This document shows positions 14,400-27,000 of a stretch of DNA of 64,000 nt, in pieces (position 1 is the first letter of the stretch; the number at the start of each line of letters is the position of its first letter). This stretch comes from Eledone cirrhosa (taxonomy: Eukaryota). Below the pieces are notes generated by a model, which worked only from the letters and a program-made list of their open reading frames with translations, was not told the origin of the DNA and ran no database searches. The translations under genes and the position numbers were made by a program. Where the stretch lies: the NCBI GenBank assembly GCA_964016885.1, contig OZ024751.1, positions 1,984,001-2,048,000 of the forward strand, written 5' to 3'.

Positions 14400-17270
14400 G
14401 TGTTGTTGGTGTTGGTGGTGTTACTGTTGTTGGTGTTGTTTGTGTTACTGTTGTTGGTGTTGGTGGTGTTACTGTTGTTGGTGTTGTTGGTGTTACTGTT
14501 GTTGGTGTTGTTGGTGTTACTGTTGTTGGTGTTGTTAGTATTAATGTTGTTGGTGTTGTTGGTTTTACTCTTGTTGGTGTTGGTGGTGTTACTGTTGTTG
14601 GTGTTGTTGCTGTTACTGTTGTTGGTGTTGTTGGTGTTACTGTTGTTGGTATTGTTGGTGTTACTGTTGTTGGTGTTGTTGGTGTTACTGTTGTTGGTGT
14701 TGTTGGTGTTACTATTGTTGGTGTTGTTAGTATTACTGTTGTTGGTGTTGGTGGTGTTACTGTTGTTGGTGTTGTTGGTGTTACTGTTGTTGGTGTTGTT
14801 AGTATTACTGTTATTGGTGTTGGTGGTGTTACTGTTGTTGGTGTTGTTGGTGTTACTGTTGTTGGTGTTGTTACTGTTACTGTTGTTGGTGTTGTTGGTG
14901 TTACTGTTGTTGGTGTTGGTGGTGTTACTGTTGTTGGTGTTGTTGGTGTTAATGTTGTTGGTGTTGTTTGTGTTACTGTTGTTGGTGTTGGTGGTGTTAC
15001 TGTTGTTGTTGTTGTTGGTGTTACTGTTGTTGGTGTTGTTGGTGTTACTGCTGTTGTTGTTGTTGGTGTTTCTGTTGTTGTTGGTGTTGGTGTTACTTTT
15101 TTTGGTGTTGTTAGTGTTACTGTTGTTGGTGTTGCTGGTGTTACTGTTGTTGGTGTTGTTAGTGTTAATGTTGTTGGTGTTGTTTGTGTTACTGTTGTTG
15201 GTGTTGTTGGTGGTGTTGGTGTTACTGTTGTTGGTGTTGTTGGTGTTACTGTTGTTGGTGTTGGTGGTGTTACTGTTGTTGGTGTTGTTGGTGTTACTGT
15301 TGTTGGTGTTGTTGGTGTTACTGTTGTTGGTGTTGTTGGTGTTACTGTTGTTGGTGGTGTTGGTGTTACTGTTGTTGGTGTTGTTAGTGTTACTGTTGTT
15401 GGTGTTGGTGGTGTTACTGTTGTTGGTGTTGTTGGTGTTACTATTGTTGGTGTTGTTGGTGTTACTGTTGTTGGTGTTGTTGGTGTTAATGTTGTTGGTG
15501 GTGTTGGTGTTACTGTTGTTGGTGTTGGTGGTGTTACTGTTGTTGGTGTTGTTGGTGTTACTATTGTTGGTGTTGTTTGTGTTACTGTTGTTGGTGTTGT
15601 TGGTGTTACTGTTTTTGAGGGTGTTGGTGTTACTGTTGTTGGTGTTGTTAGTGTTACTGTTGTTGGTGTTGTTGGTGTTACTGTTGTTCGTGTTGTTAGT
15701 GTTAATGTTGTTGGTGTTGTTGGTGTTACTGTTGTTGGTGTTGTTGGTGTTACTGTTGTTGGTGTTGTTAGTGTTACTGTTGTTGGTGTTGTTGGTGTTA
15801 CTGTTGTTGGTGTTGTTGGTGTTACTGTTGTTGGTGTTGTTGGTGTTGGTGGTGTTACTGTTGTTGGTGTTGTTTGTGTTACTGTTGTTGGTGTTGGTGG
15901 TGTTACTGTTGTTGGTGTTGTTGGTGTTACTGTTGTTGGTGTTGTTGGTGTTACTGTTGTTGGTGTTGTTAGTATTAATGTTGTTGGTGTTGTTGGTTTT
16001 ACTCTTGTTGGTGTTGGTGGTGTTACTGTTGTTGGTGTTGTTGCTGTTACTGTTGTTGGTGTTGTTGGTGTTACTGTTGTTGGTATTGTTGGTGTTACTG
16101 TTGTTGGTGTTGTTGGTGTTACTGTTGTTGGTGTTGTTGGTGTTACTATTGTTGGTGTTGTTAGTATTACTGTTGTTGGTGTTGGTGGTGTTACTGTTGT
16201 TGGTGTTGTTGGTGTTACTGTTGTTGGTGTTGTTAGTATTACTGTTATTGGTGTTGGTGGTGTTACTGTTGTTGGTGTTGTTGGTGTTACTGTTGTTGGT
16301 GTTGTTACTGTTACTGTTGTTGGTGTTGTTGGTGTTACTGTTGTTGGTGTTGGTGGTGTTACTGTTGTTGGTGTTGTTGGTGTTAATGTTGTTGGTGTTG
16401 TTTGTGTTACTGTTGTTGGTGTTGGTGGTGTTACTGTTGTTGGTGTTGTTGGTGTTACTGTTGTTGGTGTTGTTGGTGTTACTGCTGTTGTTGTTGTTGG
16501 TGTTTCTGTTGTTGTTGGTGTTGGTGTTACTTTTTTTGGTGTTGTTAGTGTTACTGTTGTTGGTGTTGCTGGTGTTACTGTTGTTGGTGTTGTTAGTGTT
16601 AATGTTGTTGGTGTTGTTTGTGTTACTGTTGTTGGTGTTGTTGGTGGTGTTGGTGTTACTGTTGTTGGTGTTGTTGGTGTTACTGTTGTTGGTGTTGGTG
16701 GTGTTACTGTTGTTGGTGTTGTTGGTGTTACTGTTGTTGGTGTTGTTGGTGTTACTGTTGTTGGTGTTGTTGGTGTTACTGTTGTTGGTGGTGTTGGTGT
16801 TACTGTTGTTGGTGTTGTTAGTGTTACTGTTGTTGGTGTTGGTGGTGTTACTGTTGTTGGTGTTGTTGGTGTTACTATTGTTGGTGTTGTTGGTGTTACT
16901 GTTGTTGGTGTTGTTGGTGTTAATTTTGTTGGTGGTGTTGGTGTTACTGTTGTTGGTGTTGGTGGTGTTACTGTTGTTGGTGTTGTTGGTGTTACTATTG
17001 TTGGTGTTGTTTGTGTTACTGTTGTTGGTGTTGTTGGTGTTACTGTTGTTGAGGGTGTTGGTGTTACTGTTGTTGGTGTTGTTAGTGTTACTGTTGTTGG
17101 TGTTGTTGGTGTTACTGTTGTTCGTGTTGTTAGTGTTAATGTTGTTGGTGTTGTTGGTGTTACTGTTGTTGGTGTTGTTGGTGTTACTGTTGTTGGTGTT
17201 GTTAGTGTTACTGTTGTTGGTGTTGTTGGTGTTACTGTTGTTGGTGTTGTTGGTGTTACTGTTGTTGGTG
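14400..17270. repeat. Tandem duplication of 1,434 bp
   Basis: GAG at 15617/17051, CGT at 15689/17123 and ORF twins 15184/16618 all have offset 1434. Confidence 0.9.
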
Positions 17271-17599
17271 TTGTTGGTGTTACTGTTGTTGGTGGTGTTG
17301 GTGTTACTGTTGTTGGTGTTGTTAGTGTTACTGTTGTTGGTGTTGTTGGTGTTACTGTTGTTGGTGTTGTTGGTGTTACTGTTGTTGGTGTTGTTGGTGT
17401 TACTGTTGTTGATGTTATTAGTGTTACTGTTGTTGGTGTTGGTGGTGTTACTGTTGTTGGTGTTGTTGGTGTTACTGTTATTGGTGTTACTGTTGTTGGT
17501 GTTGGTGCTGTGACTGTTGTTAGTGTTGTTGGTGTTACTGTTGTTGGTGTTGTTAGTGTTACTGTTGTTGGTGTTGTTAGTGTTACTGTTGTTGGTGTT

Positions 17600-20500
17600 G
17601 TTGGTATTACTGTTGTTGGTGTTGTTAGCGTTACTGTTGTTGGTGTTGTTAGTGTTACTGTTGTTGGTTTTGTTGGTGTTACTGTTTTTGGTGTTGTTGG
17701 TGTTACTGTTGTTGGTGTTATCAGTGTTACTGTTGTTGGTGTTGTTATTGTTACTGTTGTTGGTGTTGTTGGTGTTACTGTTGTTGGTGTTGTTGGTGTT
17801 ACTGTTGTTGGTGTTGTTAGTGTTACTGTTGTTGGTGTTGTTATTGTTACTGTTGTTGGTGTTGCTGGTGTTACTGTTGTTGGTGTTGTTGGTGTTACTG
17901 TTGTTGGTGTTGTTGGTATTACTGTTGTTGGTGTTGTTAGCGTTACTGTTGTTGGTGTTGTTAGTGTTACTGTTGTTGGTTTTGTTGGTGTTACTGTTTT
18001 TGGTGTTGTTGGTGTTACTGTTGTTGGTGTTATCAGTGTTACTGTTGTTGGTGTTGTTATTGTTACTGTTGTTGGTGTTGTTGGTGTTACTGTTGTTGGT
18101 GTTGTTGGTGTTACTGTTGTTGGTGTTGTTAGTGTTACTGTTGTTGGTGTTACTGTTGTTGGTGTTGTTGGTGTTGCTGTTGTTGGTGTTGTTGGTGTTA
18201 ATGTTGTTGGTGTTGGTGGTGTTACTGTTGTTGGTGTTCTTGGTGTTACTGTTGTTGGTGTTATTAGTGTTACTATTGTTGGTTTTGGTGGTGTTACTGT
18301 TGTTGGTGTTGATGGTGTTACTGCTGTTGGTGTTGTTAGTGTTACTCTTATTGGTGTTGTTGGTGTTACTGTTGTTGGTGTTACTGTTGTTGGTGTTGTC
18401 GGTGTTACTGTTGTTGGTGTTGTTGGTGTTACTGCTGTTGGTGTTGTTGGTGTTACTGTTGTTGGTGTTGGTGGTGTTATTAGTGTTACTGTTGTTGGTG
18501 TTGGTGGTGTTACTGTTGTTGGTGTTGTTGGTGTTGGTGGTGTTACTGTTGTTGGTTTTGTTAGTATTAATGTTGTTGGTGTTGTTGGTTTTACTCTTGT
18601 TGGTGTTGGTGGTGTTACTGTTGTTGGTGTTGTTGCTGTTACTGTTGTTGGTGTTGTTGGTGTTACTGTTGTTGGTATTGTTGGTGTTACTGTTGTTGGT
18701 GTTGTTGGTGTTACTGTTGTTGGTGTTGTTGGTGTTACTATTGTTGGTGTTATTAGTATTACTGTTGTTGGTGTTGGTGGTGTTACTGTTGTTGGTGTTG
18801 TTGGTGTTACTGTTGTTGGTGTTGTTAGTATTACTGTTATTGGTGTTGGTGGTGTTACTGTTGTTGGTGTTGTTGGTGTTACTGTTGTTGGTGTTGTTAC
18901 TGTTACTGTTGTTGGTGTTGTTGGTGTTACTGTTGTTGGTGTTGGTGGTGTTACTGTTGTTGGTGTTGTTGGTGTTAATGTTGTTGGTGTTGTTTGTGTT
19001 ACTGTTGTTGGTGTTGGTGGTGTTACTGTTGTTGGTGTTGTTGGTGTTACTGTTGTTGGTGTTGTTGGTGTTACTGCTGTTGTTGTTGTTGGTGTTTCTG
19101 TTGTTGTTGGTGTTGGTGTTACTGTTTTTGGTGTTGTTGGTGTTACTGTTGTTGGTGTTATCAGTGTTACTGTTGTTGGTGTTGTTATTGTTACTGTTGT
19201 TGGTGTTGTTGGTGTTACTGTTGTTGGTGTTGTTGGTGTTACTGTTGTTGGTGTTGTTAGTGTTACTGTTGTTGGTGTTGTTATTGTTACTGTTGTTGGT
19301 GTTGCTGGTGTTACTGTTGTTGGTGTTGTTGGTGTTACTGTTGTTGGTGTTGTTGGTGTTACTGCTGTTGTTGTTGTTGGTGTTTCTGTTGTTGTTGGTG
19401 TTGGTGTTACTGTTTTTGGTGTTGTTGGTGTTACTGTTGTTGGTGTTATCAGTGTTACTGTTGTTGGTGTTGTTATTGTTACTGTTGTTGGTGTTGTTGG
19501 TGTTACTGTTGTTGGTGTTGTTGGTGTTACTGTTGTTGGTGTTGTTGGTGTTACTGCTGTTGTTGTTGTTGGTGTTTCTGTTGTTGTTGGTGTTGGTGTT
19601 ACTGTTGTTGGTGTTGTTGGTATTACTGTTGTTGGTGTTGTTAGCGTTACTGTTGTTGGTGTTGTTAGTGTTACTGTTGTTGGTTTTGTTGGTGTTACTG
19701 TTTTTGGTGTTGTTGGTGTTACTGTTGTTGGTGTTATCAGTGTTACTGTTGTTGGTGTTGTTATTGTTACTGTTGTTGGTGTTGTTGGTGTTACTGTTGT
19801 TGGTGTTGTTGGTGTTACTGTTGTTGGTGTTGTTAGTGTTACTGTTGTTGGTGTTACTGTTGTTGGTGTTGTTGGTGTTGCTGTTGTTGGTGTTGTTGGT
19901 GTTAATGTTGTTGGTGTTGGTGGTGTTACTGTTGTTGGTGTTCTTGGTGTTACTGTTGTTGGTGTTATTAGTGTTACTATTGTTGGTTTTGGTGGTGTTA
20001 CTGTTGTTGGTGTTGATGGTGTTACTGTTGTTGGTGTTGTTGGTGTTACTGCTGTTGGTGTTGTTAGTGTTACTCTTATTGGTGTTGTTGGTGTTACTGT
20101 TGTTGGTGTTACTGTTGTTGGTGTTGTCGGTGTTACTGTTGTTGGTGTTGTTGGTGTTACTGCTGTTGGTGTTGTTGGTGTTACTGTTGTTGGTGTTGGT
20201 GGTGTTATTAGTGTTACTGTTGTTGGTGTTGGTGGTGTTACTGTTGTTGGTGTTGTTGGTGTTGGTGGTGTTACTGTTGTTGGTTTTGTTAGTATTAATG
20301 TTGTTGGTGTTGTTGGTTTTACTCTTGTTGGTGTTGGTGGTGTTACTGTTGTTGGTGTTGTTGCTGTTACTGTTGTTGGTGTTGTTGGTGTTACTGTTGT
20401 TGGTATTGTTGGTGTTACTGTTGTTGGTGTTGTTGGTGTTACTGTTGTTGGTGTTGTTGGTGTTACTATTGTTGGTGTTGTTAGTATTACTGTTGTTGGT

Positions 20501-20850
20501 GTTGGTGGTGTTACTGTTGTTGGTGTTGTTGGTGTTACTGTTGTTGGTGTTGTTAGTATTACTGTTATTGGTGTTGGTGGTGTTACTGTTGTTGGTGTTG
20601 TTGGTGTTACTGTTGTTGGTGTTGTTACTGTTACTGTTGTTGGTGTTGTTGGTGTTACTGTTGTTGGTGTTGGTGGTGTTACTGTTGTTGGTGTTGTTGG
20701 TGTTAATGTTGTTGGTGTTGTTTGTGTTACTGTTGTTGGTGTTGGTGGTGTTACTGTTGTTGGTGTTGTTGGTGTTACTGTTGTTGGTGTTGTTGGTGTT
20801 ACTGCTGTTGTTGTTGTTGGTGTTTCTGTTGTTGTTGGTGTTGGTGTTAC
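17600..20850. repeat. Duplication with ~1.7-kb offset plus an adjacent 312-bp duplication
   Basis: AGC marker at 17627/17939 (312) and 19643 (1704 from 17939); GTT-GCT marker at 18176/19880 (1704). Confidence 0.8.
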
Positions 20851-23800
20851 TGTTGTTGGTGTTGTTAGTGTTACTGTTGTAGGTGTTGCTGGTGTTACTG
20901 TTGTTGGTGTTGTTAGTGTTAATGTTGTTGGTGTTGTTTGTGTTACTGTTGTTGGTGTTGTTGGTGGAGTTGGTGTTACTGTTGTTGGTGTTGTTGGTGT
21001 TACTGTTGTTGGTGTTGGTGGTGTTACTGTTGTTGGTTTTGTTGGTGTTACTGTTGTTGGTGTTGTTGGTGTTACTGTTGTTGGTGTTGTTGGTGTTACT
21101 GTTGTTGGTGGTGTTGGTGTTACTGTTGTTGGTGTTGTTAGTGTTACTGTTGTTGGTGTTGTTGGTGTTACTGTTGTGGGTGTTGTTAGTGTTACTGTTG
21201 TTGGTGTTGTTGGTGTTACTGTTGTTGGTGTTGTTTGTGTTACTGTTGTTGGTGTTGGTGGTGTTACTGTTGTTGGTGTTACTGTTGTTGGTGTTGTTGG
21301 TGTTACTGCTTTGGTGTTGTTGGTGTTACTGTTGTTGGTGTTGTTGGTGTTACTGTTGTTGGTGTTGTTGGTGTTACTGTTGTTGGTGTTGTTGTTGTTA
21401 CTGTTGTTGGTGTTGTTGGTGTTACTGTTGTTGGTGCTGTTTGTGTTACTGTTGTTGGTGTTGGTGGTGTTACTGTTGTTGGTGTTGTTGGTGTTACTGT
21501 TGTTGGTGTTGGTGGTGTTACTGTTGTTGCTGTTGTTGGTGTTACTGTTGTTGGTGTTGTTAGTGTTACTGTTGTTGGTGTTGTTGGTGTTACTGTTGTT
21601 GTGGTAATTAGTGTTACTGTTGTTGGTGTTGGTGGTGTTACTGTTGTTGGTGTTGTTGGTGTTACTGTTGTTGGTGTTGTTGGTGTTACTGTTGTTGGTG
21701 TTATTAGTGTTACTGTTGTTGGTGTTGTTGGTGTTACTGTTGTTGGTGTTGTTGGTGTTACTGTTGTTGGTGTTGGTGTTACTGTTGTTAGTGTTGGTGT
21801 TACAGCTGTTGGTGTTACTGTTGTTGGTGTTGGTGGTGCTATAGGTTGTTGGTGTTGTTGGTGTTACTGTTGTTGGTGTTGTTAGTGTTACTGTTGTTGG
21901 TGTTGTTGGTGTTACTGTTGTTGGTGTTATTAGTGTTACTGTTGTTGGTGTTGGTGGTGTTACTGTTGTTGATGTTGTTGGTGTTACTGTTGTTGGTGTT
22001 CTTGGTGTTACTGTTGTTGGTGTTGTTAGTGTTACTGTTGTTGGTGTTGGTGGTGTTAGTGTTGTTGGTGTTCTTGGTGTTACTGTTGTTGGTGTTGATG
22101 GTGTTACTGTTGTTGGTGTTATTAGTGTTACTGTTATTGGTGTTGGTGGTGTTACTGTTGTTGGTGTTATTGGTGTTACTGTTGTTGGTGTTGTTAGTGT
22201 TACTGTTGTTGGTGTTGGTGGTGTAACTGTTGTTGGTGTTGTTGGTGTTACTGTTGTTGGTGTTGTTGGTGTTACTGTTGTTGGTGTTGTTGGTGTTACT
22301 GTTGTTGGTGTTGGTGTTACTGTTGTTGGTGTTGGTGGTGTTACTGTTGTTGGTGTTGTTGGTGTTACTGTTGTTGGTGTTGGTATTACTGTTGTTGGTG
22401 TTGGTGGTGTTACTGTTGTTGGTGTTGTTGGTGTTACTGTTGTTGGTGTTGGTGTTACTGTTGTTGGTGTTGTTGGTGATACTGTTGTTGGTGTTGTTGG
22501 TGTTACCCTTGTTGGTGTTGTTGGTGTTACTGTTGTTGGTGTTGTTAGTGTTACTGTTGATGGGGTTGTTGGTGTTACTGTTGTTGGTGTTGTTGGTGTT
22601 ACTGTTGTTGGTGTTGTTGGTGTTACTGTTGTTGGTGGTGTTGGTGTTACTGTTGTTGGTGTTGTTAGTGTTACTGTTGTTGGTGTTGTTGGTGTTACTG
22701 TTGTTGGTGTTGTTGGTGTTACTGTTGTTGGTGTTGTTGGTGTTACTGTTGTTGATGTTATTAGTGTTACTGTTGTTGGTGTTGGTGGTGTTACTGTTGT
22801 TGGTGTTGTTGGTGTTACTGTTATTGGTGTTACTGTTGTTGGTGTTGGTGCTGTGACTGTTGTTGGTGTTGTTGGTGTTACTGTTGTTGGTGTTGTTAGT
22901 GTTACTGTTGTTGGTGTTGTTAGTGTTACTGTTGTTGGTGTTGTTAGTGTTACTGTTGTTGCTGTTGTTAGTGTTACTGTTGTTGGTGTTGTTATTGTTA
23001 CTGTTGTTGGTGTTGCTGGTGTTACTATTGTTGGTGTTGTTGGTGTTACTGTTGTTGGTGTTGTTGGTATTACTGTTGTTGGTGTTGTTGGTGTTACTGT
23101 TGTTGGTGTTGATGGTGTTACTGTTGTTGGTGTTGTTGGTGTTACTGCTGTTGGTGTTTTCAGTGTTACTGTTGTTGGTGTTGTTATTGTTACTGTTGTT
23201 GGTGTTGTTGGTGTTACTGTTGTTGGTGTTGTTGGTGTTACTGTTGTTGGTGTTGTTAGTGTTACTGTTGTTGGTGTTGTTGATGTTACTGTTGTTGGTG
23301 TTGTTGGTGTTACTGTTGTTGGTGTTGTTGGTGTTAATGTTGTTGGTGTTATTAGTGTTACTGTTGTTGGTTTTGGTGGTGTTACTGTTGTTGGTGTTGA
23401 TGGTGTTACTGTTGTTGGTGTTGTTGGTGTTACTGCTGTTGGTGTTGTTAGTTTTACTGTTATTGGTGTTGTTGGTGTTACTGTTGTTGGTGTTACTGTT
23501 GTTGGTGTTGTCGGTGTTACTGTTGTTGGTGTTGTTGGTGTTACTGCTGTTGGTGTTGTTGGTGTTACTGTTGTTGGTGTTGGTGGTGTTATTAGTGTTA
23601 CTGTTGTTGGTGTTGGTGGTGTTACTGTTGTTGGTGTTGTTGGTGTTGGTGGAGTTACTGTTGTTGGTGTTGTTTGTGTTACTGTTGTTGGTGTTGGTGG
23701 TGTTACTGTTGTTGGTGTTGTTGGTGTTACTGTTGTTGGTGTTGTTGGTGTTACTGTTGTTGGTGTTGTTATTATTAATGTTGTTGGTGTTGTTGGTGTT

Positions 23801-24099
23801 ACTCTTGTTGGTGTTGGTGGTGTTACTGTTGTTGGTGTTGTTGCTGTTACTGTTGTTGGTGTTGTTGGTGTTACTGTTGTTGGTATTGTTGGTGTTACTG
23901 TTGTTGGTGTTGTTGGTGTTACTGTTGTTGGTGTTGTTGGTGTTACTATTGTTGGTGTTGTTAGTATTACTGTTGTTGGTGTTGGTGGTGTTACTGTTGT
24001 TGGTGTTGTTGGTGTTACTGTTGTTGGTGTTGCTAGTATTACTGTTGTTGGTGTTGGTGGTGTTACTGTTGTTGGTGTTGTTGGTGTTACTGTTGTTGG

Positions 24100-27000
24100 T
24101 GTTGTTACTGTTACTGTTGTTGGTGTTGTTTGTGTTACTGTTGTTGGTGTTGGTGGTGTTACTGTTGTTGGTGTTGTTGGTGTTACTGTTGTTGGTGTTG
24201 TTGGTGTTACTGTTGTTGTTGTTGTTGTTGGTGTTTCTGTTGTTGTTGGTGTTGGTGTTACTGTTGTTGGTGTTGTTAGTGTTACTGTTGTTGGTGTTGT
24301 TGGTGTTACTGTTGTTGGTGTTGTTAGTGTTAATGCTGTTGGTGTTGTTTGTGTTACTGTTGTTGGTGTTGGTGGTGATACTGTTGTTGGTGTTGTTGGT
24401 GTTACTGTTGTTGGTGTTGTTGGTGTTACTGTTGTTGGTGTTGTTGGTGTTACTGTTGTTGGTGGTGTTGGTGTTACTGTTGTTGGTGTTGTTGGTGTTA
24501 CTGTTGTTGGTGTTGGTGGTGTTACTGTTGTTGGTTTTGTTGGTGTTACTGTTGTTGGTGTTGTTGGTGTTACTGTTGTTGGTGTTGTTGGTGTTACTGT
24601 TGTTGGTGGTGTTGGCGTTACTGTTGTTGGTGTTGTTAGTGTTACTGTTGTTGGTGTTGTTGGTGTTACTGTTGTTGGTGTTGTTAGTGTTACTGTTGTT
24701 GGTGTTGTTGGTGTTACTGCTGTTGGTGTTGTTGGTGTTACAGTTGTTGGTGTTGGTGGTGTTATTAGTGTTACTGTTGTTGGTGTTGGTGGTGTTATTA
24801 GTGTTACTGTTGTTGGTGTTGGTGGTGTTACTGTTGTTGGTGTTGTTGGTGTTACTGTTGTTGGTGTTGTTGGTGTTACTGTTGTTGGTGTTGTTAGTAT
24901 TAATGTTGTTGGTGTTGTTGGTTTTACTCTTGTTGGTGTTGGTGGTGTTACTGTTGTTGGTGTTGTTGCTGTTACTGTTGTTGGTGTTGTTGGTGTTACT
25001 GTTGTTGGTATTGTTGGTTTTACTGTTGTTGGTGTTGTTGGTGTTACTGTTGTTGGTGTTGTTGGTGTTACTATTGTTGGTGTTGTTAGTATTACTGTTG
25101 TTGGTGTTGGTGGTGTTACTGTTGTTGGTGTTGTTGGTGTTACTGTTGTTGGTGTTGTTAGTATTACTGTTATTGGTGTTGGTGGTGTTACTGTTGTTGG
25201 TGTTGTTGGTGTTACTGTTGTTGGTGTTGTTACTGTTACTGTTGTTGGTGTTGTTGGTGTTACTGTTGTTGGTGTTGGTGGCGTTACTGTTGTTGGTGTT
25301 GTTGGTGTTAATGTTGTTGGTGTTGTTTGTGTTACTGTTGTTGGTGTTGGTGGTGTTACTGTTGTTGGTGTTGTTGGTGTTACTGTTGTTGGTGTTGTTG
25401 GTGTTACTGCTGTTGTTGTTGTTGGTGTTTCTGTTGTTGTTGGTGTTGGTGTTACTGTTGTTGGTGTTGTTAGTGTTACTGTTGTTGGTGTTGCTGGTGT
25501 TACTGTTGTTGGTGTTGTTAGTGTTAATGTTGTTGGTGTTGTTTGTGTTACTGTTGTTGGTGTTGTTGGTGGTGTTGGTGTTACTGTTGTTGGTGTTGTT
25601 GGTGTTACTGTTGTTGGTGTTGGTGGTGTTACTGTTGTTGGTGTTGTTGGTGTTACTGTTGTTGGTGGTGTTGGTGTTACTGTTGTTGGTGTTGTTAGTG
25701 TTACTGTTGTTGGTGTTGTTAGTGTTACTGTTGTTGGTGTTGTTTGTGTTACTGTTGTTGGTGTTGTTGGTGGTGTTGGTGTTACTGTTGTTGGTTTTGT
25801 TGGTGTTACTGTTGTTGGTGTTGTTGGTGTTACTGTTGTTGGTGTTGTTGGTGTTACTGTTGTTGGTGGTGTTGGTGTTACTGTTGTTGGTGTTGTTAGT
25901 GTTACTGTTGTTGGTGTTGTTAGTGTTACTGTTGTTGGTGTTGTTTGTGTTACTGTTGTTGGTGGTGTTGGTGTTACTGTTGTAGGTGTTGTTAGTGTTA
26001 CTGTTGTTGGTGTTGTTGGTGTTACTGTTGTTGGTGTTGTTAGTGTTACTGTTGTTGGTGTTGTTGGTGTTACTGTTGTTGGTGTTGTTTGTGTTACTGT
26101 TGTTGGTGTTACTGTTGTTGGTGTTGTTGGTGTTACTGCTTTGGTGTTGTTGGTGTTACTGTTGTTGGTGTTGTTGGTGTTACTGTTGTTGGTGTTGTTA
26201 GTGTTACTGTTGTTGGTGTTGTTTGTGTTACTGTTGTTGGTGGTGTTGGTGTTACTGTTGTTGGTGTTGTTAGTGTTACTGTTGTTGGTGTTGTTGGTGT
26301 TACTGTTGTTGGTGTTGTTAGTGTTACTGTTGTTGGTGTTGTTGGTGTTACTGTTGTTGGTGTTGTTTGTGTTACTGTTGTTGGTGTTGGTGGTGTTACT
26401 GTTGTTGGTGTTACTGTTGTTGGTGTTGTTGGTGTTACTGCTTTGGTGTTGTTGGTGTTACTGTTGTTGGTGTTGTTGGTGTTACTGTTGTTGGTGTTGT
26501 TAGTGTTACTGTTGTTGGTGTTGTTTGTGTTACTGTTGTTGGTGGTGTTGGTGTTACTGTTGTTGGTGTTGTTAGTGTTACTGTTGTTGGTGTTACTGTT
26601 GTTGGTGTTGTTAGTGTTACTGTTGTTGGTGTTGTTGGTGTTACTGTTGTTGGTGTTGTTTGTGTTACTGTTGTTGGTGTTGGTGGTGTTACTGTTGTTG
26701 GTGTTACTGTTGTTGGTGTTGTTGGTGTTACTGCTTTGGTGTTGTTGGTGTTACTGTTGTTGGTGTTGTTGGTGTTACTGTTGTTGGTGTTGTTGGTGTT
26801 ACTGTTGTTGGTGTTGTTAGTGTTACTGTTGTTGGTGTTGTTGGTGTTACTGCTGTTGGTGTTGTTGGTGTTACAGTTGTTGGTGTTGGTGGTGTTATTA
26901 GTGTTACTGTTGTTGGTGTTGGTGGTGTTATTAGTGTTACTGTTGTTGGTGTTGGTGGTGTTTCTGTTGTTGGTGTTGTTGGTGTTACTGTTGTTGGTGT

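Larger units (their letters stand above)
12926..21310 (-). other. Second uninterrupted PTS-frame stretch (~2,800 codons) bounded by -1 deletions
   Basis: Constant phase between the lesions at 12924 and 21311. The matching + strand Val/Gly frame has no His/Gln/Tyr codons here, so the PTS frame has no stop. Confidence 0.7.
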
